This document shows positions 28,193-37,912 of a DNA stretch of 64,000 nt, piece after piece. Source of the stretch: Fusicatenibacter sp. Its GTDB lineage: Bacteria; Bacillota; Clostridia; Lachnospirales; Lachnospiraceae. A model generated the notes under the pieces. That model ran no database searches and had not been told where the DNA came from. It saw only the letters and a list, made by a program, of their open reading frames with translations. Numbering within the stretch: position 1 is the stretch's first letter; each line of letters starts with the position of its first letter. Where the stretch lies: positions 29,694-93,693 of the forward strand of contig JALEOU010000021.1 in the NCBI GenBank assembly GCA_022766945.1, written 5' to 3'. The position numbers and the translations under genes are program-made.

Positions 28193-29335
28193 TTATACAG
28201 TCTGATCCTTTGCGATAAATACCGGGAAGGTATCGGTTCCTTTCACCTCTTTGCCTTCCGTTACAGTCACATATTTATCAGAGATCACATATTCAATCTG
28301 TGCTCCGGCTTCAATCACGGTATCCTGCATCAGGACACAGTTTTTCACTTTTGCACCTTTTGCTACTTTAACGCCACGGAACAGGACGCTGTTCTCGATC
28401 TCGCCTTCGATCACACAACCATCCGCAACCATCGCGTTCTTTGCCCTGGAACCGTTGATATAGCGTGTCGGATTGTCATCACGAATCTTGGTATAAATCG
28501 GATTTCCGGAAAACAGTGCATCCAGATTCTCTTCTTCCAGCAGTTTCATGTTCTCATCAAAATAGCTCTTCATGTCGCAGACTCTTGCAAAATATCCGCC
28601 GAATTCATAAGCCTGTACATTCAGTTTATCCAACTGCGGAGCAAGGATATCTCTTTCGAAATATGCATAGCCGCGGACAAATGCTGTATTGATCAGATCC
28701 ATCAGAAGTTCTCTCTCCAGGATGTAGATGTTCATAGACATATTCTGAACGCCTTCATCTTCCGGATTAATATAAATCTTGGTCACACGTCCGTCTTCAA
28801 TGCTGAGTGTATAATAAAGATCTTTTGTCTTGTGATAGGAATTGCGGACACCGTCCGGAATCTCCTGTTTTGCATATGCCACAGTTACATCCGCACCGTT
28901 TGCAATATGTGCATTCAGCATATCTTTAAAATCAAAGTTCACTGCGATATTCGCATCGGAAAGCACCACATATTTCTCTTTCTGCCATTTCAGGAAATCC
29001 AGAAGGCTTGCGAGAGCTTCCACTCTTCCGTTATAAACGGTGATCATCTTTTCGGAATACGGAGGAACAATGTTCAGGCCGCCTTTTTTACGCGCCAGAT
29101 CCCATTCACGGCCGGATCCCAGATGATCCATCAGGGAGTGATAATTCTTACGAACAACGATCGAAACATTACCGATTCCGCAATTTACCATACTGGACAG
29201 GATAAAGTCCACCATGCGGTAACGGCTTGCAAAAGGGATGGATGCCATCAGACGCTCGCTGACAAGATCCGGTACCTGATCATCGTAGCTGTTTGGGAAA
29301 ATGATGCCCAGTGCATCTGCGTTAGAATTTACCAT
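28193..29335 (-). CDS. glgD: Glucose-1-phosphate adenylyltransferase subunit GlgD
   Basis: It is a paralog of GlgC that lacks the GGxGxRL motif, with left-handed beta-helix repeats at the C-terminus. It overlaps the glgC stop. Confidence 0.88.
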   Translation of the reverse strand: MVNSNADALGIIFPNSYDDQVPDLVSERLMASIPFASRYRMVDFILSSMVNCGIGNVSIVVRKNYHSLMDHLGSGREWDLARKKGGLNIVPPYSEKMITVYNGRVEALASLLDFLKWQKEKYVVLSDANIAVNFDFKDMLNAHIANGADVTVAYAKQEIPDGVRNSYHKTKDLYYTLSIEDGRVTKIYINPEDEGVQNMSMNIYILERELLMDLINTAFVRGYAYFERDILAPQLDKLNVQAYEFGGYFARVCDMKSYFDENMKLLEEENLDALFSGNPIYTKIRDDNPTRYINGSRAKNAMVADGCVIEGEIENSVLFRGVKVAKGAKVKNCVLMQDTVIEAGAQIEYVISDKYVTVTEGKEVKGTDTFPVFIAKDQTV

Positions 29336-30537
29336 TGTTCTTCACCACCTTTTACATTATTCTTTACCATAGCATTCGGGCCGACTTTTGCTTCGTCGCC
29401 AATATAAATACCGGATCCTACTGTTGCAACGCCCTTCTCAGTCTCAGTAGGCATTGCTCCAACTACGGCATTCTCTCCAATTACTACGTTTTCTGCAATG
29501 ATACAGTGTTTCACAACTGCTCCTGCCTTAATGACAGTGCCGCCCATAACAACTGCATCTTCCACTTCTGCGCCCTCTTCCACCTTGACACCGGCGAAAA
29601 GAACGGAATGTTTCACATGGCCGGCAATACGGCAACCATCTGTGATCATGGAATTCTCAACAACAGCTGTTTCTGTGATTCTGTGACCAGTCATACCGCT
29701 GTTCCGGCTGTAAATCTTCCAGTTGTCATCAAACAGATTGATACCACTGTGTTCCGGATCCAGCACTTCCATGTTTGCTTCCCAAAGTGAGGAAATCGTT
29801 CCGACATCTTTCCAGTATCCGCTGAAATGGTAAGCATACATATTGCGGCCATCGCGAAGCAGATTCGGGATAATGTTGTTACCGAAATCGTTCGAGGAAT
29901 TCGGATCTGCTTCATCCTCTACCAGATACTTTTTCAGAATATCCCAGTTGAAAATATAAATACCCATGGAAGCCAGATTTGACTTCGGATTCTTTGGTTT
30001 TTCCTGGAACTCTGTAATCTTGTCATTTTCATCCGCTACCATCAGACCGAAGCGGGAAGCCTCCTCCCACGGAACCTCCATGACAGCAACGCTGAACTCA
30101 GCACCTTTTTCCTTGTGGAAACGAAGGAAATCGCTGTAGTCCTGCTTGCAGATCTGGTCACCGGACAGAATAATGACATACTCGGGGTTATAACGTTCAA
30201 TAAAAGGAATGTTCTGATAGATTGCATTGGCTGTGCCTTTGTACCAGTCAGAACCGGATGCCTTCTGATATGGAGGCAGTACATGAACCCCTCCGTGAAG
30301 GCGGTCAAGATCCCATGGCTGACCATTTCCTATGTACTCATTCAATACCATGGGCTGATACTGGGTAAGAATACCTACCGTATCAATGCCGGAATTCACA
30401 CAGTTCGAAAGCGGAAAGTCGATAATACGATATTTTCCGCCAAACGGAACTGCCGGTTTTGCAAGCTTCTCGGTCAGTGCATAGAGACGTGAGCCCTGGC
30501 CTCCGGCAAGAAGCATAGCAATCATTTCTTTTGCCAT
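29329..30537 (-). CDS. glgC: Glucose-1-phosphate adenylyltransferase GlgC
   Basis: It has [25 protein letters not shown] and FQEKP. Confidence 0.95.
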   Translation of the reverse strand: MAKEMIAMLLAGGQGSRLYALTEKLAKPAVPFGGKYRIIDFPLSNCVNSGIDTVGILTQYQPMVLNEYIGNGQPWDLDRLHGGVHVLPPYQKASGSDWYKGTANAIYQNIPFIERYNPEYVIILSGDQICKQDYSDFLRFHKEKGAEFSVAVMEVPWEEASRFGLMVADENDKITEFQEKPKNPKSNLASMGIYIFNWDILKKYLVEDEADPNSSNDFGNNIIPNLLRDGRNMYAYHFSGYWKDVGTISSLWEANMEVLDPEHSGINLFDDNWKIYSRNSGMTGHRITETAVVENSMITDGCRIAGHVKHSVLFAGVKVEEGAEVEDAVVMGGTVIKAGAVVKHCIIAENVVIGENAVVGAMPTETEKGVATVGSGIYIGDEAKVGPNAMVKNNVKGGEEQW

Positions 30538-30797
30538 AATGTTTCCCCCTGTTTCAAATAATTACTATGAAAATCCTGGCCAATACCGGATTTTCATTCA
30601 CGGATATCTCTGTTTTACCGGAGATATCTGCTACTATGAAGACAGTATAACACACTTTCTCTAAAAACAACATGGTCTTTGTGCAAAATATACATATATT
30701 TTTTTGTGAAAAGTCACAAAATATATTTTTTACCAATACTTTCCAATTCCTTAATCTTCTTTTTTGGCAGTTTCTGAATATCTCATTCCTGCCGCTC

Positions 30798-30821
30798 AAA
30801 AAAAGGTCCACCGGACCTTTT
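30798..30821 (-). terminator. Second short hairpin with U-tract in the glgC upstream region
   Basis: The stem is aaaaggtcc/ggacctttt with a 3-nt loop and a short U tail. It is a weak call. Confidence 0.4.
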
Positions 30822-30839
30822 CCCGCATGCACGACAACT

Positions 30840-30886
30840 AAAAAAGCATGCGGTTTCATCTGCAACTTGTGAAACTGCATGCTTTT
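30840..30886 (-). terminator. Rho-independent terminator of the M24 peptidase gene
   Basis: The stem agcatgcggtttca / tgaaactgcatgct is followed by UUUUUU on the minus strand. Confidence 0.75.
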
Positions 30887-30897
30887 CTTTCATTTCC

Positions 30898-31983
30898 CTA
30901 TTCAAAAGGAATAACAATCAGATCTTTGGTATAGTGATTCAGCACTTCACACCCATGCTCTGTAATCAGAACCAGATCCTCTATACGGATACCAAACCCT
31001 TCCTCCGGAAGGTAGATACCCGGCTCTACAGAGAAACACTGGCCTGGACGGATGATACTTTCATTATTGTAAGCTACATTGCCGAATTCATGCACCTCCA
31101 GACCGATGGAGTGACCGGTTCTGTGCGGAAAATACTCCCCAAAGCCTTTGGATTCAATGTAGCGGCGGGCTGCCAGATCCACATCGCACATCCGGTTCCC
31201 CGGCTTTGCCGCTGTAATTCCGCGAAGATTTGCCTCGAGCACGATCTCGTAAATCTCACGTTGCCGGTCTGAGACGGTTCCAAGGAAGACATCTCTTGTC
31301 ATGTCCGAGCAGTAGTCCGCCTTCTTTCCGCCGATATCAAACGTCATACAATCCCCCCGGACCGCTTTCGCGTGCTGCGGCATATAATGGGGATCCGCAG
31401 TATTTCTGCCAAATGCAATAATCGGTTCAAAGGAAAATCCCTCCGCTCCCAGCTCTTTATAGATCTTCAGAAGCTCATCGGAAAGCTGCTGCTCATCATA
31501 TCCTCTGGCTGCAATAGCCGTTAATCTCTCAACCGCTTTATCATTGAGCAGCGAAGAGCTGCGCATCAGCTCCTGCTCCTCCTCATCCTTGATCATCCGG
31601 ACATCGTCCACAATGGCAGAAGCATTGACAAACGTATTTGTGGGATTCAGTTCCAGCATGCGCAGGAGAAATTTTGCCTGCCAGTTCTTATCCACACCGA
31701 TCACGGTACCTTTCTTCACATAGACAGCAAGCGCCTCGATACAATCCTGGATATCATCCACATACGTAACCTCCAGATCCGAATCCTCTGGCTGCGGATA
31801 CAGATTACTCAATACCAGATGGTGTTTTCCATCTGTTCCAAGCAGCAGCGCCAGCAGGCGCTCACCCGGAAAAATCCATCGTCCCGTCAGATAATAAACA
31901 CTGTAGGGATCTGAGACGATCATCTGGGATAATCCCTTTCGCTCCATCCCCTGCAAAACTTTTTCCACACGTAACTTTTTCAT
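30898..31983 (-). CDS. M24 family Xaa-Pro aminopeptidase/dipeptidase
   Basis: It has the metal ligand pattern DIGG...D...HRTGHSIGLEVHE...E..E and a creatinase-like N-domain. Confidence 0.88.
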   Translation of the reverse strand: MKKLRVEKVLQGMERKGLSQMIVSDPYSVYYLTGRWIFPGERLLALLLGTDGKHHLVLSNLYPQPEDSDLEVTYVDDIQDCIEALAVYVKKGTVIGVDKNWQAKFLLRMLELNPTNTFVNASAIVDDVRMIKDEEEQELMRSSSLLNDKAVERLTAIAARGYDEQQLSDELLKIYKELGAEGFSFEPIIAFGRNTADPHYMPQHAKAVRGDCMTFDIGGKKADYCSDMTRDVFLGTVSDRQREIYEIVLEANLRGITAAKPGNRMCDVDLAARRYIESKGFGEYFPHRTGHSIGLEVHEFGNVAYNNESIIRPGQCFSVEPGIYLPEEGFGIRIEDLVLITEHGCEVLNHYTKDLIVIPFE

Positions 31984-32052
31984 TGCTATGGTTCTTTCCT
32001 TTCCCTCAGGGCGCCAAATAGAATCGATTTTTATTCGGCTCCGTGATAATCT

Positions 32053-33276
32053 CTATTTTTCAGACACTCCTTTTGTTGTCTCTTTCATCGCAACCGAACA
32101 TGCCAGGTCGCCAAGTACGTTACAACAGGTCGCGCCCATATCGCAGAGCGTATTCACACTGATATACACTCCCATAATTCCCGACGGAAGCCCTGCGATC
32201 GCAGACAATGCGGCGAAGGAAGCGATCGCACCTCCGGGAACACCGGGAGTACCGATGCTCAGCAGCGTATTACTGAGCAGAACGATCACCAGCGTACCAA
32301 AGCTCACCTCAATATTACATGCATTGGCAAAAAACACAATCATAAATGACATCACAATCGAAACTGCATCCATATTGATTGTTGCTCCCAGCGGCAGTGC
32401 CAGAGAGGAAATCTCATTTGGTACTTCCAGATCATCTGCACAGCGTTTGCTGATGGGCAATGTTGCGGAGCTTGAGCACGTGCCAAAAGCATTTAATGCA
32501 GCCGGCATTACTTTTGTAAAAAACTCTTTGAGACTACATTTCCCCAGAATTTTCACAATCGCGCCATAAAAAATCAGAACATACAGGATCATCGTCACAT
32601 ACAGCGCCACGAGTACTGCCGCAATCGCTGCCACCGTTTCCCTGCCGTTTGCGTAAATTACAGAAGAGATCGAGCAGAAAACACCCACCGGGGTAAAATA
32701 CATCACCACAGAAATGATTTTTACCGAAATCTCATTGATGGCTTCTGCAAGTTTTACGAAGGGTTCTGCTTTTTCCTTCAGAGACAGACAGGTGACACCT
32801 ACGATAATAGCAAATACCAGTACCTGAAGCATATCTCCATCGGCAAACGAAGCCACCGGATTGCCCGGGATCAGATTTGCCACTGTGTCAAGGATACTCG
32901 TAAACTTCGTGGCATCCACATCTGCCTCTACCATCTGAATCGCAACTCCTTCGCCAAGTCCAAGTGCCCTGGGAAGAAAAAGTCCGATCAGGCTGGCAAC
33001 CAATGTCGTTGTAATATAGTATAAAATCGTCTGGCCACCGATTTTTCCGGTTGCCGATACACTTCCGATTCCCTGGATTCCCACGATCAGCGAGCAGAAG
33101 ACCAGCGGATAAATCATCATACAGAGTGCATTCATATAAAGCTTTGATATCAGTGAAATGGCCGGAAGTGTTCCGGCAAACCATTTCTGCATCAGAAACC
33201 CATAGATAATTCCAAAGAGCAGGCCGATAAAAATTGCCAGCGTCAGGTGTTTTGTATTCATCTTCTTTTTCTTCAT
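32053..33276 (-). CDS. Dicarboxylate/amino acid:cation symporter (DAACS family)
   Basis: It is 407 aa and polytopic, with GTCSSSATLP and GTPGVPGGA motifs. Confidence 0.88.
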   Translation of the reverse strand: MKKKKMNTKHLTLAIFIGLLFGIIYGFLMQKWFAGTLPAISLISKLYMNALCMMIYPLVFCSLIVGIQGIGSVSATGKIGGQTILYYITTTLVASLIGLFLPRALGLGEGVAIQMVEADVDATKFTSILDTVANLIPGNPVASFADGDMLQVLVFAIIVGVTCLSLKEKAEPFVKLAEAINEISVKIISVVMYFTPVGVFCSISSVIYANGRETVAAIAAVLVALYVTMILYVLIFYGAIVKILGKCSLKEFFTKVMPAALNAFGTCSSSATLPISKRCADDLEVPNEISSLALPLGATINMDAVSIVMSFMIVFFANACNIEVSFGTLVIVLLSNTLLSIGTPGVPGGAIASFAALSAIAGLPSGIMGVYISVNTLCDMGATCCNVLGDLACSVAMKETTKGVSEK

Positions 33277-33300
33277 GGTGCTTTCCCCCTCCAGACTGTA

Positions 33301-33333
33301 ATAAGCAAAAGAGAGCCCCTTTGTATGGCTCCC
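33301..33333 (-). terminator. Terminator-like hairpin located between a promoter-like element and the symporter start
   Basis: The minus strand reads GGGAGCC-AUACAAAG-GGCUCUC followed by UUUUGCUUAUU. Confidence 0.5.
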
Positions 33334-33352
33334 TTGCTCCTATGATGATTTC

Positions 33353-33381
33353 ATAATATCCCTTAATTCCTACTCTGTCAA
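33353..33381 (-). promoter_or_regulatory. Sigma-A-type promoter-like element upstream of the symporter
   Basis: The minus strand reads TTGACA (33376-33381), a 17-nt spacer, then TATTAT (33353-33358). Confidence 0.45.
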
Positions 33382-33396
33382 TAGGATTTTACAGTA

Positions 33397-34719
33397 TCAT
33401 TTCTGTTTTCCTGCAGCAACATGTGGATAGCGAAGCCAGGTATAGACGAGTACTGCCAGTATGTAAATGCCGCAGGCAACTGCTGCGGGGAATGTCAAAT
33501 CCGAGAGATTAACATAAGAGGTTCCCAGCATCAGGATTCCAACAAAGATCAGCAGAATATGAAGTGTTCGCTCTTTCATACAGAAAGCTGATCTGCAGTA
33601 CTCTTCATGGCACTTCTTCGGCAGACGCCAGCAGGCCAGCAAAATCATAAATTCCGTTATCATATCGGTTCCAACACCCATGTTGGAAATGAGTGTCAGA
33701 TCCATACCGGTAAGAATCGGAACCGCTCCCATGACAAAAAATACACCAAGAATCACCACAGGGACTCCGTTTTTGTTTTCCTTTGCCGCTGCCTTTGGCA
33801 GCCATCCCTCTTTTGCTGCAGCCTGAAGTCCTCTGGTCACCCAGCTCAGTGTACCATTTAAGGTCGTGAGAAGCGCAAACATAGCACCTCCGAACACAAA
33901 AAACAAATACAGCCAGGTTGGGAAGATTTCTTTTGCAACCAAAGTCAGATTCTGAAAGGCAACCTCTTCCACCGGAAGCACACCTGCTGCCACAATGCCA
34001 ATCAGCACATAAAATACCGCAACAATTCCTGTGGAGAGCGCGATCACTTTTGGAATAGTTCTTGAGGGTTCCACAATATCATCACTGTTTTCTGCTATAA
34101 ATTTTGCGCCTCCGCAGGCAAAGCTAAGAAGTGCAACACCGGTAAAAAAATTCTTCGGTCCATTAGGCATATAATTTGAAATCCCAGGTGTCAGCTCCTG
34201 CCAGCTCACTTTTGGAAGTCCAAATACAATAAAAAGGAGAAGACTCACAAGCAGCAATGCAACCATCCCTTTTTGCACAAGTGCACTGGATTTGAGGCCG
34301 ATCAGATTGACTCCGGTGCATATAACAAGTGCCGCCATAGCCACAACAGACTCATGAAACCGCGGAAAAATCGAACAAAAATAACTGGCAAATCCCTTGG
34401 CAAACGTAGCGATCAACACCTGGCTGAGCACAAACATGGCAATATAAAGAAAACCTGCCTTTTCTCCCAGCAGACGGTTCACATAGGTATAACCTGCTCC
34501 GGAAGCCGGAATGGCTGCTGTCAGTATAATAAAAGGAATACACGTGGCAATCGCAAGCACCGCACCCAGAATAAACGCCAGTGGAATCCCATGACCTGTC
34601 AGCCCTATGACAATTCCTGTCAATACCATAATTCCCGAACCAATGATCTGACCGATCGCAAGTCCCATACAGTCAGAAAAATTGAGTTTTTTATAAGTTG
34701 CTTCTTTTGCATTTTCCAT
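33397..34719 (-). CDS. APC family amino acid permease
   Basis: It has about 12 TMs and GLAIGQIIGSGIMVLTG. The start is set at ATG 34719 (GGAGG 7-8 nt upstream). Confidence 0.85.
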   Translation of the reverse strand: MENAKEATYKKLNFSDCMGLAIGQIIGSGIMVLTGIVIGLTGHGIPLAFILGAVLAIATCIPFIILTAAIPASGAGYTYVNRLLGEKAGFLYIAMFVLSQVLIATFAKGFASYFCSIFPRFHESVVAMAALVICTGVNLIGLKSSALVQKGMVALLLVSLLLFIVFGLPKVSWQELTPGISNYMPNGPKNFFTGVALLSFACGGAKFIAENSDDIVEPSRTIPKVIALSTGIVAVFYVLIGIVAAGVLPVEEVAFQNLTLVAKEIFPTWLYLFFVFGGAMFALLTTLNGTLSWVTRGLQAAAKEGWLPKAAAKENKNGVPVVILGVFFVMGAVPILTGMDLTLISNMGVGTDMITEFMILLACWRLPKKCHEEYCRSAFCMKERTLHILLIFVGILMLGTSYVNLSDLTFPAAVACGIYILAVLVYTWLRYPHVAAGKQK

Positions 34720-34780
34720 ATGGATCCCTCCTTTTTTTCTCTCTTGCCATCCCGGAAACTTTACCCTTTCTGTCATCGGT

Positions 34781-36799
34781 TTATTCAGATTCTTCCACAA
34801 TTCTCAGATCCCATGCCGGAATTTTCCATTCCGTCCCCGGCTTTATGTGGCATCCCGTCAGCAGTTCTGTCCCACCCGGCTCACAGCCAGATACGGTTTG
34901 TTCTGCCGAAGAATAGTTCAGATAATACCAAATGATCTTTCCGTAATCATTTCTTCCTTTTCTTACAATCAACGGATAATGGCACTTTGGAACCGCAATC
35001 TTTGCTTCTCTTAACACTTCCATCAGAACCGTCTTCAGCGACATTTCATCCATCATGCAGCCTGTATAAAATGCAGTTCCATCCCCATAGTGATTTTTCG
35101 TAACTGCCGCATATGCTTTCCAGCTTTCATGTTCATAGGAAGACAGCACCTGTGCACCTTCCGGGATTAAAAGCTCCATAAACCCTTCTGCCTTTCCCCT
35201 GCTTTGTCCGTCAAACAGTTTCCCGGACAGCCCGACATTTTGGGGATACGTGAACTGATGATAGGTCACGCCAAAGCAGGAACGCAGAAGGTATGGCTGC
35301 TGCTGATCATGTACCTTCACATTCTCATCGGCAAAGGCAGTTTTAAAGGTGGCAAACAGAGTTCCTCCGTTTTTCGTATAGTTTTCCAGCTTTTCCAGAA
35401 GTCCCTCCGGTGCCGCATACAAGGCTGGTACAAAGATCACCCGATACTGATTAAAATTCTCCGACTCCGGCCAGAGAAAGTCGCACTCAATATTCATTCG
35501 ATACAAGGCATCGTAAATCCACCGAACAACATCATTATAAACGATCGAACCGCCTTTCCCCTGGCGAATGGGAAACCATTTCAGTGCAGTCAGTGCCTCA
35601 TTGCTGACCAGAATCGCCGCATGATTTTTCTTTTTCAGATTCACCAGATGGCCTCCGATTTTTCTGAATTCCGCTCCTATGACACAGGCCTCACGGTATA
35701 CTTCATTTTCCGCAAAATCATGACTCAGCACGCCTTTCCAGTAAGTCTCAAACGAATTGTGAAGTGAATGCCAGTGCCAGTACATTACACTGTTGGAACC
35801 ACTGGCCAGATGGCTGTATGCCTGCAGCCGCAGCTGTCCGGGATAGGGAGTCCATTCCGGAAATCCCTGTGCCTCTGTTTCCAGAAGCAGATAATTGCCG
35901 TTTTTTAATGATCTTGTCATATCACCGCCAAACGCAATTTCCGTTCCCGTCAGATCATCCTGGGTCGGATGATAGATATCCACCCCTGCAATCGTCAGAG
36001 ACCGGGCCACATGATAATGATTGACATCCGGCTGTACCCCATAGGAATACCCACGCCATTCAAAATCAAAATTCTGGGTAATAAACTGATCCTCTCTGCG
36101 GTATTCCTTCACAATATCCGCCTGCCACGCAAGGAAATCATCCACCAGCGTCCTCTGAAATTTTTCAAATTCTGCACCCAGACTTCCGTTAATCGTCCCA
36201 CGCACATCCGGAAAATCCTCCCACGCATTGATCCGGTTGCTCCAGTAATCCAGACCGAATTCCCGGTTCATCGCATCCAGGTCATTATCAAATTTTTTAC
36301 GAAGATATTTTACGAATTTTTCCTGTACATTTTTTCCTGCAGTGCCATAATACTTGGTCTCATTATCAATCTGGAAACCGATGACACATTTTCTGTGCGC
36401 CGCATGTTTCATCAGCTCCCGGATCACCCGCTCGGCATAATACAGATAGACCGGATGTGTGATATCCATGATCTGACGGGCACCGTAAATTCCCTGCCCT
36501 TTTACCGTCGTAGCAAGCACATCCGGATAGGATTTGACCATCCAGGTGGGAACCGCGTAAGTAGGCGTTCCGATGATCACATGGACCCCTTCTTTTTCCA
36601 TCGCATCCATTACACGCTCCACATGAGAAAAATCAAAAACCCCCTCCTGCGGTTCACAGGTACTCCAGGTAGATTCCGCAATTCTTACCGTATTCATCCC
36701 CGCTTTTTTCATCATCGCCACATCTTTTTCAAGGCGTTCACAGGGCATATATTCGTCATAATAAGCTGCTCCAAAAAGCAATTCTCTCATCTTTTTCAC
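34781..36799 (-). CDS. GH42 family beta-galactosidase
   Basis: It is 672 aa with FGAAYYDEYMP, GFQIDNE (acid/base region), and a trimerisation domain and C-terminal domain of the expected length. Confidence 0.9.
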   Translation of the reverse strand: MKKMRELLFGAAYYDEYMPCERLEKDVAMMKKAGMNTVRIAESTWSTCEPQEGVFDFSHVERVMDAMEKEGVHVIIGTPTYAVPTWMVKSYPDVLATTVKGQGIYGARQIMDITHPVYLYYAERVIRELMKHAAHRKCVIGFQIDNETKYYGTAGKNVQEKFVKYLRKKFDNDLDAMNREFGLDYWSNRINAWEDFPDVRGTINGSLGAEFEKFQRTLVDDFLAWQADIVKEYRREDQFITQNFDFEWRGYSYGVQPDVNHYHVARSLTIAGVDIYHPTQDDLTGTEIAFGGDMTRSLKNGNYLLLETEAQGFPEWTPYPGQLRLQAYSHLASGSNSVMYWHWHSLHNSFETYWKGVLSHDFAENEVYREACVIGAEFRKIGGHLVNLKKKNHAAILVSNEALTALKWFPIRQGKGGSIVYNDVVRWIYDALYRMNIECDFLWPESENFNQYRVIFVPALYAAPEGLLEKLENYTKNGGTLFATFKTAFADENVKVHDQQQPYLLRSCFGVTYHQFTYPQNVGLSGKLFDGQSRGKAEGFMELLIPEGAQVLSSYEHESWKAYAAVTKNHYGDGTAFYTGCMMDEMSLKTVLMEVLREAKIAVPKCHYPLIVRKGRNDYGKIIWYYLNYSSAEQTVSGCEPGGTELLTGCHIKPGTEWKIPAWDLRIVEESE

Positions 36800-37725
36800 C
36801 TCTCGCCGACTTTTTTCTTCATTAGTTCAACTGTCAGATCAATCCATTTGTGAATCTCCGGGCTCTCCGTCTGTTCGGCATTCCTGATCGCGGAAAATGC
36901 AGTTGTCAGGTTCGGATCCCCCACGGAAAATATCCTCATCCGCTCCGCATCCGGGGTATCTTTCAGATAACTCTCCAGCGTAAATGCCACCCCGAATCCT
37001 GCGTCCGCCATACGGATTCCGGCATCGATACTGCTGATCTTATAGGAGATTTTCGGAGAGACATCTGCATACAACAGGGCATCTTCCTCCAGCTGACGGA
37101 TATTCTGATTGCTGTGCTGGAGAATGAAACACTCCTCCTGCACCTCCTTCAGATCGAGCCATGGATATTTGCGTCCCGGAAGGGGTACCGCCTTATCACA
37201 GGCAGGATGCTGTCCCGGAAGAATCGCAAGAAGCCGGTCACGGTAAATCGGTGTGTAGGAAAAATGCGGTTTTTCCATCACATGGTGTGCAAACAGAAGA
37301 TCCAGCTCATTCTTCGCAAGAAGTTCCTCCAGATCATTGACATGTCCGTCAATCGGAATCACCTTGATCTGAGGATACAATTCATGAAAGGAGATAAATA
37401 CATCCGGAAATAAAACCGCCATCTGCTTGACACTGTATCCGACTTTTAGCCTTCCGGCTCTGTGCTGGCGAATATCATTCATGTGATCTTCCAGCTCAAA
37501 CTTTTTCATCATAATCTGTCTGGCGGATGTCACAAACTCTTCCCCCGCGTAGGTAAGCACCATTTTCTTCCCTGTGCGCTCAAAAAGCTTCATTCCAAGC
37601 GATTTTTCCAGCCGGTTCAGCTGGATGCTGAGTGCCGGTTGACTCAGATACAATGCCTCTGCCGCGCGGGTCAGATTGCCGTAAGTAGCAATCGTGAGCA
37701 CATACTGCATATCCTTATCTGTCAT
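36796..37725 (-). CDS. LysR family transcriptional regulator
   Basis: It has the N-terminal HTH MQYVLTIATYGNLTRAAEALYLSQPALSIQLNRLE. The start is ATG 37725 (RBS agagggaagg). Its stop overlaps the GH42 start (ATGA at 36796-36799). Confidence 0.88.
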   Translation of the reverse strand: MTDKDMQYVLTIATYGNLTRAAEALYLSQPALSIQLNRLEKSLGMKLFERTGKKMVLTYAGEEFVTSARQIMMKKFELEDHMNDIRQHRAGRLKVGYSVKQMAVLFPDVFISFHELYPQIKVIPIDGHVNDLEELLAKNELDLLFAHHVMEKPHFSYTPIYRDRLLAILPGQHPACDKAVPLPGRKYPWLDLKEVQEECFILQHSNQNIRQLEEDALLYADVSPKISYKISSIDAGIRMADAGFGVAFTLESYLKDTPDAERMRIFSVGDPNLTTAFSAIRNAEQTESPEIHKWIDLTVELMKKKVGER

Positions 37726-37912
37726 GATCCTTCCCTCTTTTCTGCGAAAAATGGCTGCTTGCTCCTGTTTTGCGAAACCCATAAATATTTTTTATAGAAA
37801 GAATAAAAAGTATATATTTCACAAATTAGCCGCTGGCTTTTATATTTAAGATAATCTTACTAAGAAAACATTCTTTACGTCAAGCGAAAAGAGGCCTTGA
37901 AAGGAGAAAGAC

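Noticed and set aside
30568-30651. A 27-aa plus-strand ORF (MKILANTGFSFTDISVLPEISATMKTV) in the 360-bp glgC upstream region.
   Set aside because: It has no RBS and is antisense to the glgC leader. The region is better explained by hairpins and terminators of the minus-strand transcripts.
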